From assembly GCA_046498385.1 (NCBI GenBank), contig JAWOAU010000011.1, positions 4,315 through 68,314 of the forward strand: a DNA stretch of 64,000 nucleotides, in the 5' to 3' direction. Of this stretch, positions 38,134-48,991 are shown one piece after another. Source of the DNA: Thermoplasmata archaeon. GTDB lineage: Archaea; Thermoplasmatota; Thermoplasmata; Halarchaeoplasmatales; Halarchaeoplasmataceae. The notes under the pieces were generated by a model, which saw only the letters and a program-made list of their open reading frames with translations, ran no database searches and was not told the DNA's origin. Position numbers and translations under genes: made by a program. Position 1 is the first letter of the stretch. Each line of letters begins with the position of its first letter.

Positions 38134-39075
38134 TCAGTCTCTCGTACCTTCCCCTTTGACAACGAATACGGCCTCTCCGTCAGGCAGGTTAGGTGAATCC
38201 ACCAGCCGAGCTATACGTTTGTTCCCCTTGCTCTTTCGAAGATATATCCTAAAGGTAGCGGTATGTCCTAGTATGTGTCCGCCTATAGGCTTAGTAGGAT
38301 CTCCGAAGAATTGATCTGGATTGGCCGATACCTGATTGGTCACAACTATCGCCGAGTTGAACCTGTCGGCAAAGCGCAGTAACTTATGTAGGTGTTTGTT
38401 CAAAGTCTGCTGTCTCTCGGCCAACGCCCCTCTGCCGACGTACTCCGCCCTGAAGTGAGATGTAAGTGAGTCCACTACCAGCAGTTTTATCGGTGCCTCT
38501 TCGGCTACTTCCAAGGCCTTCTCGGCAAGCAGCATCTGGTGATGGGAGTTGAAGGCCCGTGCCACTTTGATCTTTTTCAAGACCTCTTCTGGATCTTGAT
38601 CTAATCCTTCTGCCATCTGGATTATCCTTTCCGGTCGGAAACTGTTTTCCGTATCGATTATGATGACCTCGCCTTCCAGTCCCCCTTCACTTTTGGGCAT
38701 GGTAGCAGTCACCGCCAGCTGATGGACTAGTTGTGTCTTACCTGAGCCGTACTCTCCGAAAAATTCGGTTATCGATCTGGTCTCCACACCTCCGCCGAGC
38801 AGCGAATCCATGGATTCGGCACACGTGGTCAGCTTTCCGATTTCCTTTCGTTTTTCCATTACTTGGTCCCCAGTTTCGAAATCTCCTATATCTGCGGAAG
38901 CTTTTGCAGCGTTTATTATCTTTGCAGCGGTGGCTTCACCTATCTCTGCAACGTCGGATAACACTCTCGGGGATTCCACGGCGATGGCCAAGTAATCCTT
39001 GTAACCTGCTTCGATGAGCTTCTCTGCAGTTGCGGGTCCTACTCCTGGCAACTCTTGTATTTCTTCTTTGCTCAT
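38134..39075 (-). CDS. radA: DNA repair and recombination protein RadA
   Basis: [12 protein letters not shown]h[24 protein letters not shown]; no intein. Confidence 0.98.
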   Translation of the reverse strand: MSKEEIQELPGVGPATAEKLIEAGYKDYLAIAVESPRVLSDVAEIGEATAAKIINAAKASADIGDFETGDQVMEKRKEIGKLTTCAESMDSLLGGGVETRSITEFFGEYGSGKTQLVHQLAVTATMPKSEGGLEGEVIIIDTENSFRPERIIQMAEGLDQDPEEVLKKIKVARAFNSHHQMLLAEKALEVAEEAPIKLLVVDSLTSHFRAEYVGRGALAERQQTLNKHLHKLLRFADRFNSAIVVTNQVSANPDQFFGDPTKPIGGHILGHTATFRIYLRKSKGNKRIARLVDSPNLPDGEAVFVVKGEGTRD

Positions 39076-39141
39076 TTTATCGGCCTCCTTTAGCGAATAT
39101 TCCTTTATAACCTTTTGTCAGAGGGTAGGGTGAAAGTGGCT

Positions 39142-39552
39142 TCACACATCGAAGATCACCCTGATCTTTCCCTCTCTATCGACCAATATTTCATGATATG
39201 AAACCGCCTTAATAGCGGTATCTAAGGGGTGCTTATCCAAGTCTATCTCCTCACCTCTGCACACCGCCTCAAGTGTGAACTCTTTGCTTTCTTGTATCCT
39301 TACTTGGAATTCGCAGAACAGCATACTTTTCACCTCGAACATGAATACGAATTCAGATAGAAAGTCGACTAAAAGAGTCTCCAAAGAATCACTGGCAGCC
39401 TTGATCTCGTGTTTCTCACGAGGTTCCACGGTATCTATATCCGTAAAAACGTCGAACATACCCTTTGCCGCTTCCTGGAATGCCTTTTCCAAATTATCTC
39501 CCCATGCCTCCAACCCTATGTCGGCGGTATGTTCGAACTGTTTATAGGGCAT
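39142..39552 (-). CDS. Archease
   Basis: EHTADIG, IKAVSYH, IFDV C-terminus. Confidence 0.95.
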   Translation of the reverse strand: MPYKQFEHTADIGLEAWGDNLEKAFQEAAKGMFDVFTDIDTVEPREKHEIKAASDSLETLLVDFLSEFVFMFEVKSMLFCEFQVRIQESKEFTLEAVCRGEEIDLDKHPLDTAIKAVSYHEILVDREGKIRVIFDV

Positions 39553-39556
39553 GATC

Positions 39557-39976
39557 TCATCTCATGGACAGCAGGTTCATCTTTCTGCTTTTGTCGTACT
39601 TCCTTGTTAGAGTAACGTCATCAAAGACCAGTATGACCATCTCCACGACATTGAAAATCGTACCGTTATCAAGGTGCCCTCCACGGAGCATATGATCCTC
39701 CCCTGAGATGCTGGCATGAAGATGTATGGTTCCTTCGTCGCTTATGCTGCCGCCGAGGTTCACCAGTTCCATGGGTTCGTGGAAATTTTCCCAGGAATAC
39801 TCGCCGTTCTTGCTGTTGTAGTACCCAAGCTTAAAATCCTTTAACATACCTATCCCAGATACCACCATACCACTGTTTCGGTCCAATTCCGAAAGTATGT
39901 CCTTGATATCTTGAAATATATTCGCACCGTGATCCAGCTTAGCGACCACGATATTTTTTTCTATCTTATAATCCAT
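39557..39976 (-). CDS. PPC/DUF296 domain protein
   Basis: SGIG.L, E...L.GSI, HLHA, GGHL; start ATG 39976. Confidence 0.88.
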   Translation of the reverse strand: MDYKIEKNIVVAKLDHGANIFQDIKDILSELDRNSGMVVSGIGMLKDFKLGYYNSKNGEYSWENFHEPMELVNLGGSISDEGTIHLHASISGEDHMLRGGHLDNGTIFNVVEMVILVFDDVTLTRKYDKSRKMNLLSMR

Positions 39977-40187
39977 GTTATCGATATGTGATTGCGTACC
40001 TAGGTAATAAACATTATTTTTCATCCAACGTTCAGTTGATCACTTGTGGATCCTTCCCTCCCTGGCGGAAGGGGCTTCCAAAGAAGTTTGACGGGTATTT
40101 TACGACGCCATCCTTATTCTCTGTAGCGTATCCATTTTTGAAAATACCGATGATACCACCGTTGTTGAATACTGGATAGGTATTTTT

Positions 40188-41126
40188 TCATTTCAAAGGC
40201 CGTGCATGGATACCCAATTCACCCTCCACCGCCGAGCAGAATTCCTTACCACTGCCGTGCACGGTAAGGACCTCCTCCGGATCGCACTTTTCAACAAACT
40301 CCATCAGCTCATCGAATCCTGCATGGTCTGATAACGGAAACTGAGCGTCTATGTCCTTACTTCTGAAAAAGGAATAGAATGCACACCAGCCTGATAGATA
40401 TGCGATGTTTCCATTTTTTTTACGAGCGAGCCCGGCAAAACCGGACGATGGTTTTTTCAACTCCGCCGGGGTGACCACCGCTGTAAAATTATCTTGGGGT
40501 TCATCGGTCCTGTATTCTAGGTCCACACCGTGATCTCTGTATATATCACATATATCCGCTATCTTCTTTGGCACCGATGGAGTTTTTCCCATGGAGTTCA
40601 GGATGGCAATGGTCTCCTGTGCCTTGCCGAACTCGTAGGCACCGAAGACCACGGGTCCTTCGTTGAGCATCATCTTCGTCCACACTTTAAGGTCCTCTTC
40701 CACCTTGTTCTTCGGAGGTAACCTGTACTTTTTTTTCCCGTAAGTTGTTTCTATGATCAGGGTCTCACACCTCCGAGGTTCCGCTTTGCCGCATGTCATG
40801 CCGCCCAGAGTGTTGAAATCACCCGTATAAAGAATATCGCCTACGCTTATCATCGCGGAGCCGAACACATGCCCTGCGGGTGAGAGTGTGATATCTTCAA
40901 AACCTCCTATGCAGATATCTTCACCGTAGGGAACGGGTTTCCCCCTGCGTTCTCCCAGGCGTACTTCCAATATATCCAGTGTATGGGGTGTCATGTAGGC
41001 GTCCTTGACCAGATGGTCGAGATGTCCGTGGGTGACTATACCTATATCACTCTGGTGTGATGGATCCAGCAGCAGTTTTTTATTTCCTTCCCTGAGGACT
41101 ATGCCTCGTTCATATCCTATATTCAT
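40188..41126 (-). CDS. Metallo-beta-lactamase/beta-CASP-type nuclease
   Basis: THGHLDH, AGHVFGS, YTGDF, ETTYG, SDHA, TVHG. Confidence 0.88.
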   Translation of the reverse strand: MNIGYERGIVLREGNKKLLLDPSHQSDIGIVTHGHLDHLVKDAYMTPHTLDILEVRLGERRGKPVPYGEDICIGGFEDITLSPAGHVFGSAMISVGDILYTGDFNTLGGMTCGKAEPRRCETLIIETTYGKKKYRLPPKNKVEEDLKVWTKMMLNEGPVVFGAYEFGKAQETIAILNSMGKTPSVPKKIADICDIYRDHGVDLEYRTDEPQDNFTAVVTPAELKKPSSGFAGLARKKNGNIAYLSGWCAFYSFFRSKDIDAQFPLSDHAGFDELMEFVEKCDPEEVLTVHGSGKEFCSAVEGELGIHARPLK

Positions 41127-41129
41127 CTT

Positions 41130-41531
41130 TTACTTCTCCTGATCAAATTCAAAGTGATATCTGGTGGGGACCCGTCTTTTTAAAGAGGTCCAGTAAGGGC
41201 ATTGGGTGCACCTGTATCCCAGTGTGACCGTACCGCCGAATATTGTTTCGTTCTTAGTTGTTTTGAGTTTACCACCACATACAGGACACTTTCCTCTCAA
41301 GCTCTTTACCTTATCTTTCTGCCGTGCATCGATACTCACCTTCAGAAAAGGTGCCCTCGCGGCCATTTTTCTAAGTCTTTCCCGGCTTATGGTGTAAGAA
41401 GGGTCCCGGTTCTTCAATTCCTTTAAGATAAGAGTACGCAACTTGGTAAGAGAATTGATCCCCTTCATCCTCCGCATGACCGACCGCAGAGCATCTAGTA
41501 CCTCTTCGTCATCGGGAATCGAGTAGGGCAT
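41130..41531 (-). CDS. Conserved hypothetical basic protein with a Zn ribbon
   Basis: CPVCG...CTQCPYW; co-oriented within the operon. Confidence 0.7.
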   Translation of the reverse strand: MPYSIPDDEEVLDALRSVMRRMKGINSLTKLRTLILKELKNRDPSYTISRERLRKMAARAPFLKVSIDARQKDKVKSLRGKCPVCGGKLKTTKNETIFGGTVTLGYRCTQCPYWTSLKRRVPTRYHFEFDQEK

Positions 41532-41567
41532 CAAAGGGGGTATCGCGGTAGGATTACTTATTTTTAT

Positions 41568-41969
41568 CTATTTAGTACTCTTGTAAAGCTTGACCACGCT
41601 TTCCACAGCATTTTTCGCCCTTTCTATACGCTGTTCGGCCTGCATCCTCGTCATACCCGGACCAGTTATACCTAGGCTCACCGGCTTACCGTAATCCAGG
41701 GACAGGTCCGCTATCTTCCGTGCGGCGTGAGAGATCACGGTTTCGTCGTGATCTGTTTCTCCCTTTATCACGGCACCCAAGGTGACCACGCCGTCGATAT
41801 CCTTATTCTCCAGCAGCTTTTTGATAACCAGCGGCATATCGAATACCCCGGGAACGTGCTTTATCTCTTTTACCTCTATTCCAAGGAATTTAGCATGTTC
41901 CTTTGCCCTCTCGAGCATCATGTGCGTTATGTCGTAGTTGAATTCCGACACTACTATTCCTATTTTCAT
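41568..41969 (-). CDS. ribH: 6,7-dimethyl-8-ribityllumazine synthase
   Basis: [27 protein letters not shown]. Confidence 0.96.
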   Translation of the reverse strand: MKIGIVVSEFNYDITHMMLERAKEHAKFLGIEVKEIKHVPGVFDMPLVIKKLLENKDIDGVVTLGAVIKGETDHDETVISHAARKIADLSLDYGKPVSLGITGPGMTRMQAEQRIERAKNAVESVVKLYKSTK

Positions 41970-41982
41970 ATCTATTCACCTT

Positions 41983-42444
41983 TTATCTAATTGGTTCTGC
42001 ATCGGGATGTCCTTCCCGCTGACCGGTACCGGCCATCCTCTGAAGCCTTTCTTGCCTAAAGAGCAGGTCGTAGGCGTTCGCCGCGTGTTCTCTTGCTCTG
42101 TTGTGGGCAAGTCGGCCCAGTTCTTTATCGTCATCTGCTTCGTCTTCGTGGACGAAGACCTCCAGTATGTGTACATCGTGCTTTATCTCTACCTGCAGCA
42201 GTGCACGGGACGCCTGGTCCGCACACTGCTTGTCTATGGGTTCGGGACCGGGCATCCCGAGAGCTAGTACCAGATCGCACCCCATTTCAATGAGTTTCTG
42301 GGATGCTATGGCAAGGTCTTTGATCCCGGGTACAGTATATCTTTTAACCTTAAAACCTGTTCCCATGGAATTGAGCTCGTTCACCACACTGCGGTACATA
42401 TCGCACCTGGCGAAGGTAGTATCCGCAACTCCTATTGTCTTCAT
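41983..42444 (-). CDS. ribC: Archaeal riboflavin synthase
   Basis: IGVADTTFAR, TVPGIKDL, EVFVHEDE, G.RQG-like end; start ATG 42444. Confidence 0.95.
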   Translation of the reverse strand: MKTIGVADTTFARCDMYRSVVNELNSMGTGFKVKRYTVPGIKDLAIASQKLIEMGCDLVLALGMPGPEPIDKQCADQASRALLQVEIKHDVHILEVFVHEDEADDDKELGRLAHNRAREHAANAYDLLFRQERLQRMAGTGQREGHPDAEPIR

Positions 42445-42899
42445 CGGCCTTCCACCTGCTCTAGTTCTTTTTTCATACTGTACCAATCCACTATCTTTCG
42501 AATTATCTTCCTGGTACCGTCGAGATCGTCTTTGTAGTGTTGCATCCTTACCACGTTCGCTCTTATCCCTCTCTCTTTCAGTTCCTTCTGTATGGTCCCT
42601 TCCTCGTGGATCTGATCGTATCCCAATGCGATAATATCCGGCCCGATCTCTTCAACGGTGCGGTACTTGTCCTCCTCATGCCCCACTATCACTTCGTCTA
42701 CCGGCTTTAGGGCTGCCACCATCTCCGCCCTCACGTCCTCTTTCATCAATGGTTCGTGTTTTTGCTTCCTCACCGTTTCATCGCAGGCAACCACCACTAT
42801 CAACCGCTCTCCCAATTTTTTTGCTTCTTTAAGGTAATGTACGTGTCCGAGATGTAAAATATCGAATACTCCTACCGCCATCACCTTTTTATCAGCCAT
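42441..42899 (-). CDS. ribL: Archaeal FAD synthase
   Basis: GVFDILHLGH, PDIIALGYDQ; located in the rib operon. Confidence 0.92.
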   Translation of the reverse strand: MADKKVMAVGVFDILHLGHVHYLKEAKKLGERLIVVVACDETVRKQKHEPLMKEDVRAEMVAALKPVDEVIVGHEEDKYRTVEEIGPDIIALGYDQIHEEGTIQKELKERGIRANVVRMQHYKDDLDGTRKIIRKIVDWYSMKKELEQVEGR

Positions 42900-43593
42900 T
42901 ATTTTCCTCCCACACCGATACAAGGTCCCTTCCTTCGATCAATGGAATATCGTTTTCTTCTCCATATATGGAAGCCTCCTCTTCGGACATACTTCCACCA
43001 CCGTCTGAGAGCATCTCGCAGATGGTCATACTGGGATATAGAGAAGTCAGGCTTAATATGTATGTAGCCAGTTCGGTGTGTCCCATCCTCTCATCCAGTA
43101 AACCTTCAGAAGCGTTCAGTAAAAAAACATGACCCGGAGTACGGAATTCTTTTCCGAATTCTACCGATGCCTCTCCTTGTTTCATATCTTTTATTCTTTC
43201 TCCTAAAACAGCCATGCGTTTGATGGTCAGAGACCGGTCCAAATCGGTGATTCCTGTGAATGTATCACGATGGTTTACCGAGAGAGAGAAGGTAGATTTC
43301 TCGTCATATGGTATGTCGTCGGCCTCCATGTATCTGAGTATTTCAAACCTGTCCGATGAATGAGTGTATATATCCTGCAGATAGGGCAGTGTCAACTTGC
43401 TCCATGTATCTTGTGGTATGGTTACACAGATAAGCCCGCCGGCGTCCTGCCTCAGCCTCCTCACCTTTCGCGGAGTGATCTTTTGTGAGGGTGTGACAAG
43501 GTCTACTTCCTCCTCTCTACCATCGGAGTCGTATATCATAACGAACCCTCCTTTCTTTAACCTGCCTACCGCTTCTTCCACCGTGTCGAGCAT
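42892..43593 (-). CDS. ribB: 3,4-dihydroxy-2-butanone 4-phosphate synthase
   Basis: D..GREEEVD, GGLICV, TFTGITDLDR, FRTPGHV, R.GHTE, CEML. Confidence 0.95.
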   Translation of the reverse strand: MLDTVEEAVGRLKKGGFVMIYDSDGREEEVDLVTPSQKITPRKVRRLRQDAGGLICVTIPQDTWSKLTLPYLQDIYTHSSDRFEILRYMEADDIPYDEKSTFSLSVNHRDTFTGITDLDRSLTIKRMAVLGERIKDMKQGEASVEFGKEFRTPGHVFLLNASEGLLDERMGHTELATYILSLTSLYPSMTICEMLSDGGGSMSEEEASIYGEENDIPLIEGRDLVSVWEENNG

Positions 43594-43706
43594 GCTCGTG
43601 GAATAATTTTGGGTTATAATAGAGTTTTGGTTTGCACGGTATAAGGGCAGTTAACGACGTTGTGCGTTCCCCAAAACGTAAATTCCGGATTTGTAATATC
43701 GTGTAG

Positions 43707-44096
43707 ATGATACAACTCTCCACGGTGATGGTTTTCTCATACGATTATCGAAATAGCTTGATAGTAGATTCGCTATGTGGATACTTCACAACATGCTGCC
43801 TTTTCCTTTTGTTCGTGGCTATCATCATGATCATATATTATCTCATAAAGCCGGGCCGGCTTAGAGTCGTTTCATGGAAAAGCAAACAATGTCCAAACTG
43901 TGGGATACCCTTGAAATACGAGGGTGAAAGATGCCCGCGGTGCGGCGGGATACAGACGGAAGAAAAAAAGACATCTTCTTTTTTCTCAAAATTTACTCGC
44001 AAGGGTAAGAAGAGGTGTGAGGAATGTGATGTAGAGATGATCCGCCAAGAGGAGATCGACGCCTGGTATTGTCCCTCCTGCCGTACTTATAAATGA
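43707..44096 (+). CDS. Hypothetical membrane-anchored protein with two Zn ribbons
   Basis: TM helix followed by CPNC..CPRC and CEEC..CPSC. Confidence 0.6.
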   Translation: MIQLSTVMVFSYDYRNSLIVDSLCGYFTTCCLFLLFVAIIMIIYYLIKPGRLRVVSWKSKQCPNCGIPLKYEGERCPRCGGIQTEEKKTSSFFSKFTRKGKKRCEECDVEMIRQEEIDAWYCPSCRTYK

Positions 44097-44104
44097 AAAA
44101 TATA

Positions 44105-45109
44105 TTATGGTGGAAGGCCGGATCTTTCCATCATAAAGATCATGGTCGCGGATAGGACAGGGATGATCACGTTATCCTCGTTGAGTATCTCCAGGTATCC
44201 CTTGAAATATATCCCCTCAACGAACATCACCACCGATGCGGCGGCGAATGCGGTCACGGGCTGCACCAGCAAAGATGCCACCACCCCGCTTAAGATCGCC
44301 CCTACTATATGCCCTTCGATGTTCTTATCTTTGCTGAGAGGGTGCTTGACGGTTCCGAAGTGAGTGCCTACGACATGGGAAGTGGAGTCACCTACGGCCA
44401 GAATCAGCAGTGCCGCTCCTATTATGTGCTCCTGAAAGAACAAAGATATCGCAAAGGCACCGAGGAAAAACAAAAAGCAGCCTTTTCCCGGAAATTCATA
44501 CCGGAGTTCCTTTCTTTCGAACTTATCCAAAAACCAGTGGATAACGGGGATATCGATTTTTCTAGAGGTCCACACCGTTGTTCCTCCGATAACCAAAATC
44601 ATCAAAAATGTCCTAGACACCGGCGGCAGAGGTTCCAACGGTATGTAGGATCCGATTTCGCCCAAGAAACCTTTGATCAACAGCACCACAAGGGATATCC
44701 CTAACAATGCGTGAAAAAGCTGTCTTTTTAGCTCTGTTTCTTCTATGATAAATTTATAATTCAAGAATGCCAACCCTACAAGATATCCTACCATGGCACC
44801 GAATATTATATCGCTTAAGTAATGTGCCCCCAAGTAGAGCCTTGAGACGGCTACCAAGAGTCCGAAAGATATCCAAAGTCCTTTGTATCTGGGAAGTACT
44901 TTTATCAATATCGGGATCGCCGCAAAGGCCACGGCGGTGTAACCGCATAGAAAGGAGCACTGCCATATCTTTAACGATACACCTATCAGTTCTATCTTTC
45001 CGGGCATGGTTCTCGTAAAGGCGTTCTGAAACCCGATGGCCACGAAGGTACCGAAGAGGATAGAGGCCATCAAAGGTGGCGTCCACCATATCTTGTCGTT
45101 TTTCCACAA
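44105..45109 (-). CDS. Degenerate PAP2 phosphatase domain fused to a CTP-dependent dolichol/phytol/DAG kinase-like domain
   Basis: PAP2 C3 motif SRLYLGAHYLSD; kinase motifs ELKRQLFH, GDS.S..VG..FG, K.IEG, EDNVIIP. Confidence 0.75.
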   Translation of the reverse strand: MWKNDKIWWTPPLMASILFGTFVAIGFQNAFTRTMPGKIELIGVSLKIWQCSFLCGYTAVAFAAIPILIKVLPRYKGLWISFGLLVAVSRLYLGAHYLSDIIFGAMVGYLVGLAFLNYKFIIEETELKRQLFHALLGISLVVLLIKGFLGEIGSYIPLEPLPPVSRTFLMILVIGGTTVWTSRKIDIPVIHWFLDKFERKELRYEFPGKGCFLFFLGAFAISLFFQEHIIGAALLILAVGDSTSHVVGTHFGTVKHPLSKDKNIEGHIVGAILSGVVASLLVQPVTAFAAASVVMFVEGIYFKGYLEILNEDNVIIPVLSATMIFMMERSGLPP

Positions 45110-45249
45110 TAAAATATCCCTTGTGTTTCATACTTTTCAACATTTACTAATTTTGTTGAATATCCATCTCCTTCATATAAACCTTGGGCTCAAATTTAAA
45201 AAACTAGTTTCCAAAAGATACTTAACGGTGGGGCAAATCTCGGGTTCGT

Positions 45250-45453
45250 ATGGGAAAAGAAGACGAAGTAAAGATAGAAGAAGTAGGTAAAGGAGAAGAA
45301 ATAGGTGTAAAAGTAGCCGATTGGCTAGCTGAAAAGAACAGGATACCTGAAGGAGTGGTTGAAGGTACCGTTGAGGCGGTGACTGAAAAGGCCATCTTAG
45401 TCAACGACGATTGGATACCAAAAAGCCAGGTTGAAAAGGCTTGGCTACTGTAA
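45250..45453 (+). CDS. Small acidic hypothetical protein
   Basis: 67 aa, coding-like composition, TEKAILV...WIPKSQV motif. Confidence 0.65.
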   Translation: MGKEDEVKIEEVGKGEEIGVKVADWLAEKNRIPEGVVEGTVEAVTEKAILVNDDWIPKSQVEKAWLL

Positions 45454-45483
45454 TGGGCTGCTGTAATGATTTAATAAACGAAC

Positions 45484-45498
45484 CGAAGGTATTATAAA
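45484..45498 (+). promoter_or_regulatory. BRE/TATA promoter of the hdr-flx-frd-kor operon
   Basis: CGAAGGTA-TTATAAA about 50 nt upstream of the hdrA ATG. Confidence 0.5.
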
Positions 45499-45549
45499 CT
45501 ACTTGATGTTCCACCCTTCAGAATATCCATTGCCCGATGGTAGGTACAT

Positions 45550-48549
45550 ATGAAAAAAGATGTTTTAATAATCGGCGGCGGAATCTCTGGCGTTCAATCC
45601 GCACTTGACCTGGCCCAGAAGGGTTATGAGGTGGTGCTGGTTGATAAATCTCCTAGTATAGGTGGGAACATGGTGAAATTGGATAAGACTTTTCCTACTA
45701 ACGACTGTTCTATATGCATATCGGCTCCTAAGATGGTGGAAGCCAGCAGGAACGAGAATATTACATTACTGACTTACTCGGAGGTAAAGGAACTTATCGG
45801 CAACGCTGGTGGATTCAAGGTTAAAATCTGGAAGAGAACAAAGTACGTTGACCCCGAGGTCTGCACAGGATGCGGAGACTGCGAAGAGGTCTGTCCGGTG
45901 GAAGTACCGAGCGAGTTCGAGCAGAAATTGTCCGACAGAAAGGCGATTTACGTTGAATTCCCTCAATCGGTTCCCCTCACATACACCCTGGATTACGCAA
46001 ACTGCGTGGGCTGCGGCGCCTGCGAGCGGGTGTGCGATGCCGGGGCCATCAATTTCCTGGAAAACTCAAGGGAGATCGCGATAGAGGTTGGAAGCATAAT
46101 CGTGGCTACGGGTTACGAGATGATGCAGCCCGACGAGTGGAGGGAAGAGTACGGTTACGGTAAATATCCCAATGTGTTAACAGCCATGGAGTACGAGAGA
46201 TTGCTGTCCGCCTCAGGACCCACCGGCGGCAAGGTGCTGAAAAGAAGTGACGGAAAACCCCCGGAGTCGGTCGCGTGGATACAGTGCGTCGGCTCCAGGT
46301 GCAAGCAGAAGGGTATGCCCTACTGTTCAAGGGTATGCTGTATGTACGCTACCAAACAAGCGTCCATAAGCAAGGGAGAGAATCCGGAGCTTGATACTGC
46401 GGTTCACTACATTGATCTTAGGGCTTATGGCAAGGACTTCCAGCAGTACTTTGACAAGGCGAAAAAAGAGGGTGTCAACTATTTAAGGGGCAGGCCGTCT
46501 AGAGTTTACCAGACCGAGGATGGAAGGTTAGCAGTAGAATATGAGGATACTGAAAGGGGAGAAGTCACAACTAACGTCGTCGATATGGTAGTCTTGTCTG
46601 CAGCCATTATACCATCCTACGGAAACCAGAAGTTGGCGGAGATTTTGGATATAGAGTTAGACGAGAACGGTTTCTTCGAATCCAAGGATCTTCTCACTGC
46701 ACCTACGGATTCTACACGGGAAGGTATCTACCTAGCTGGATGTGCCCAAGCACCTAAGGATATTCCCGACAGTGTTGCACAGGCCAGCGGTGCAGCGGCA
46801 CAGGCGATGACCCCTATCAAGAACAGGAAAAGGAAAGGTGTACCAGAGAAAACTCCTGAAAAAGATGTAAGCGCCGAAGGACCGTGCATAGGCGTTATCG
46901 TTTGCGACTGCGGAAAGAATATAGCTAACTATATCGACGTTCCGGATGTAGTGGAGAGAATAAAGGATTGGCCGGGTGTTGTCCACGTTGAAGAGACCAT
47001 GTTCGCATGCTCTGAAGACTCGCAGACGAGAATCAAAGAGATGATCGAAGAAAAGAACCTGAACAGGCTGGTGATAGCGGCATGTTCGCCGACCACCCAC
47101 GGACCACTTTTCCAAGATACCTTGGAAGAAGCCGGATTGAACCGCTACCTTTTCGAGATGGCAAATATAAGAAATCAGTGCAGCTGGGTTCATAGTCATG
47201 ATGTCGAAAAAGCCACTGATAAAGCAGAGATCTTGACAGAGATGGCAGTCGAGAAGGTGAAGAATTTAAGTCCCTTGGAAGAGCAGACCATCGAGATCAG
47301 AGACCGGTCGATAATCATAGGGGGAGGTGTTGCGGGGATGCAAACTGCGCTGAGCCTTGCGGATTCCAGCATCAAAGTTACCTTGATAGAGAGGGAAGAA
47401 AAACTCGGGGGTAAATTGAACACGTTGAATACGCTTTTCCCAACCGATATCGATGCCCAGGAATTAGCTGACAAGCTTATACATCTCGTGGGGGACAGCG
47501 ATAATATCAGGGTGATGACAAATGCCAACATCGAAGCTATCGACGGGTACATAGGCAATTATGAAGTGCAGGTAGATGGAGAGACGATAGATGGGGACAC
47601 GATAATCCTAACCACTGGATTCCAGGAGATCGATCCAACTGATTTCTATCACTACGGTGATGACGACCGGATAATGACACAGCTGGAACTCGACCGGGCT
47701 CTTCAAAGGGACGAATTGAAAGACCCGAAAAATGTCGTTTTCATCAACTGTGTAGGTGCCATGGAAGAAGAAAGACCGTGGTGCTGTCGTGTAGGATGCG
47801 GGAACTCACTGAAGAACGCCAAAGCGATCAAAGAGAAATATCCAGATTCAAACGTTTACATCATGTACAAAGACATGAGGGTGTTCGGTAAAAGGGAAGA
47901 GGAGTACTACATGGACGTTTCAGAGAAGGACGGGGTCATCTTTCTTCGATACTCGACGGAGAATAAACCCGATGTCACTGTTGGAGAAGATCAGCTCGAC
48001 ATCAAAGTTTATGACAACCTTTTGGATGAGGACTTGGAGATAGATGCGGATTATCTTGTTCTCGCTATGCAACTCGAAGGTGACAAGAGCGCAAGAGAGC
48101 TCAAAAAGATGTTGAAGATCTCTTCTAATCCAGCGAACTTTTACATGGAGGCACACGCCAAACTAAGGCCTTTAGAATTCCCTGCCGAAGGTGTTTATCT
48201 GGCAGGTGGGGCACACTATCCAAAAAACATCTCGGATACTTTGGCTCAAGCCCTAGGAGCCGCTTCGAAGGCTTCGATCCCTATGATGAAGGGGTTCACT
48301 AAAAGTGAAGGCATAACTGCAGTCGTTGACGAAGACACCTGCATGGGATGCAGATTGTGTATAGATGTGTGCCCCTTCGGATCCATCGATTTCAACGAAG
48401 AAAAAGGTGTTGCAAAAGTTACTCCCGTTCTTTGTAAGGGGTGCGGGCTCTGTACTGCTACATGCCGTTCAGGTTCTATACAACAGAAGGGGTTTACGGA
48501 TAACCAGATACTTTCTATGATCAAAAATGCCACCAAAGGGGCGACTTAA
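45550..48549 (+). CDS. hdrA: Heterodisulfide reductase subunit A-family protein with two tandem FAD modules
   Basis: Two GGGxxG motifs, [12 protein letters not shown], inserted 2[4Fe-4S], QCVGSR...CSRVCC, internal IGVIVCDCG...[11 protein letters not shown]-terminal ferredoxin. Confidence 0.92.
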   Translation: MKKDVLIIGGGISGVQSALDLAQKGYEVVLVDKSPSIGGNMVKLDKTFPTNDCSICISAPKMVEASRNENITLLTYSEVKELIGNAGGFKVKIWKRTKYVDPEVCTGCGDCEEVCPVEVPSEFEQKLSDRKAIYVEFPQSVPLTYTLDYANCVGCGACERVCDAGAINFLENSREIAIEVGSIIVATGYEMMQPDEWREEYGYGKYPNVLTAMEYERLLSASGPTGGKVLKRSDGKPPESVAWIQCVGSRCKQKGMPYCSRVCCMYATKQASISKGENPELDTAVHYIDLRAYGKDFQQYFDKAKKEGVNYLRGRPSRVYQTEDGRLAVEYEDTERGEVTTNVVDMVVLSAAIIPSYGNQKLAEILDIELDENGFFESKDLLTAPTDSTREGIYLAGCAQAPKDIPDSVAQASGAAAQAMTPIKNRKRKGVPEKTPEKDVSAEGPCIGVIVCDCGKNIANYIDVPDVVERIKDWPGVVHVEETMFACSEDSQTRIKEMIEEKNLNRLVIAACSPTTHGPLFQDTLEEAGLNRYLFEMANIRNQCSWVHSHDVEKATDKAEILTEMAVEKVKNLSPLEEQTIEIRDRSIIIGGGVAGMQTALSLADSSIKVTLIEREEKLGGKLNTLNTLFPTDIDAQELADKLIHLVGDSDNIRVMTNANIEAIDGYIGNYEVQVDGETIDGDTIILTTGFQEIDPTDFYHYGDDDRIMTQLELDRALQRDELKDPKNVVFINCVGAMEEERPWCCRVGCGNSLKNAKAIKEKYPDSNVYIMYKDMRVFGKREEEYYMDVSEKDGVIFLRYSTENKPDVTVGEDQLDIKVYDNLLDEDLEIDADYLVLAMQLEGDKSARELKKMLKISSNPANFYMEAHAKLRPLEFPAEGVYLAGGAHYPKNISDTLAQALGAASKASIPMMKGFTKSEGITAVVDEDTCMGCRLCIDVCPFGSIDFNEEKGVAKVTPVLCKGCGLCTATCRSGSIQQKGFTDNQILSMIKNATKGAT

Positions 48550-48550
48550 T

Positions 48551-48991
48551 ATGGGGGATGAAAATAAAATAGGAAATTGGGACCCGGTCATCGTCGGTTT
48601 CTGCTGTAACTGGTGCAGTTACGCCGGTGCAGATCTCGCAGGAACATCTAGAGAGCAGTACCCACCGAATATCAGGGTTATCAAGGTCATGTGCTCGGGC
48701 AGGATAAGTCCGGAATTTATTTTGAAGACGTTCCAGGAAGGGGCAGACGGCGTGCTGGTTTCTGGCTGCCATCCGGGAGATTGCCACTACATAGAAGGGA
48801 ATTACTACACTCGAAGAAGGCTGACCATCCTTTGGGATTTCCTAGATTACATGGGTATAGAACCAGAAAGACTTAAGCTATCATGGATATCGGCAGCCGA
48901 GGGCAAAAAATTCGCAAACGTTGTTGAGGAGTTCACTGACAAGGTGAGAGAACTAGGACCGCAGAAAAAACTACGGAAAGGGGTAGAATGA
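48551..48991 (+). CDS. mvhD: MvhD/FlxD [2Fe-2S] subunit
   Basis: [33 protein letters not shown]; start ATG 48551. Confidence 0.93.
   Translation: MGDENKIGNWDPVIVGFCCNWCSYAGADLAGTSREQYPPNIRVIKVMCSGRISPEFILKTFQEGADGVLVSGCHPGDCHYIEGNYYTRRRLTILWDFLDYMGIEPERLKLSWISAAEGKKFANVVEEFTDKVRELGPQKKLRKGVE

Noticed and set aside
40032..40190. About 50 open codons in frame after the TGA of the MBL nuclease, with a nearby hairpin (possible Sec or readthrough)
   Set aside because: The nuclease is complete at the stop, the hairpin does not fit the archaeal SECIS GAA/A pattern, HdrA and MvhD use Cys at typical Sec positions, and an open run of this length is plausible by chance.
41568..43593. rib operon lacking an adjacent riboflavin kinase/regulator
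   Set aside because: It is often encoded elsewhere; absence cannot be judged from one window. No FMN riboswitch is visible.
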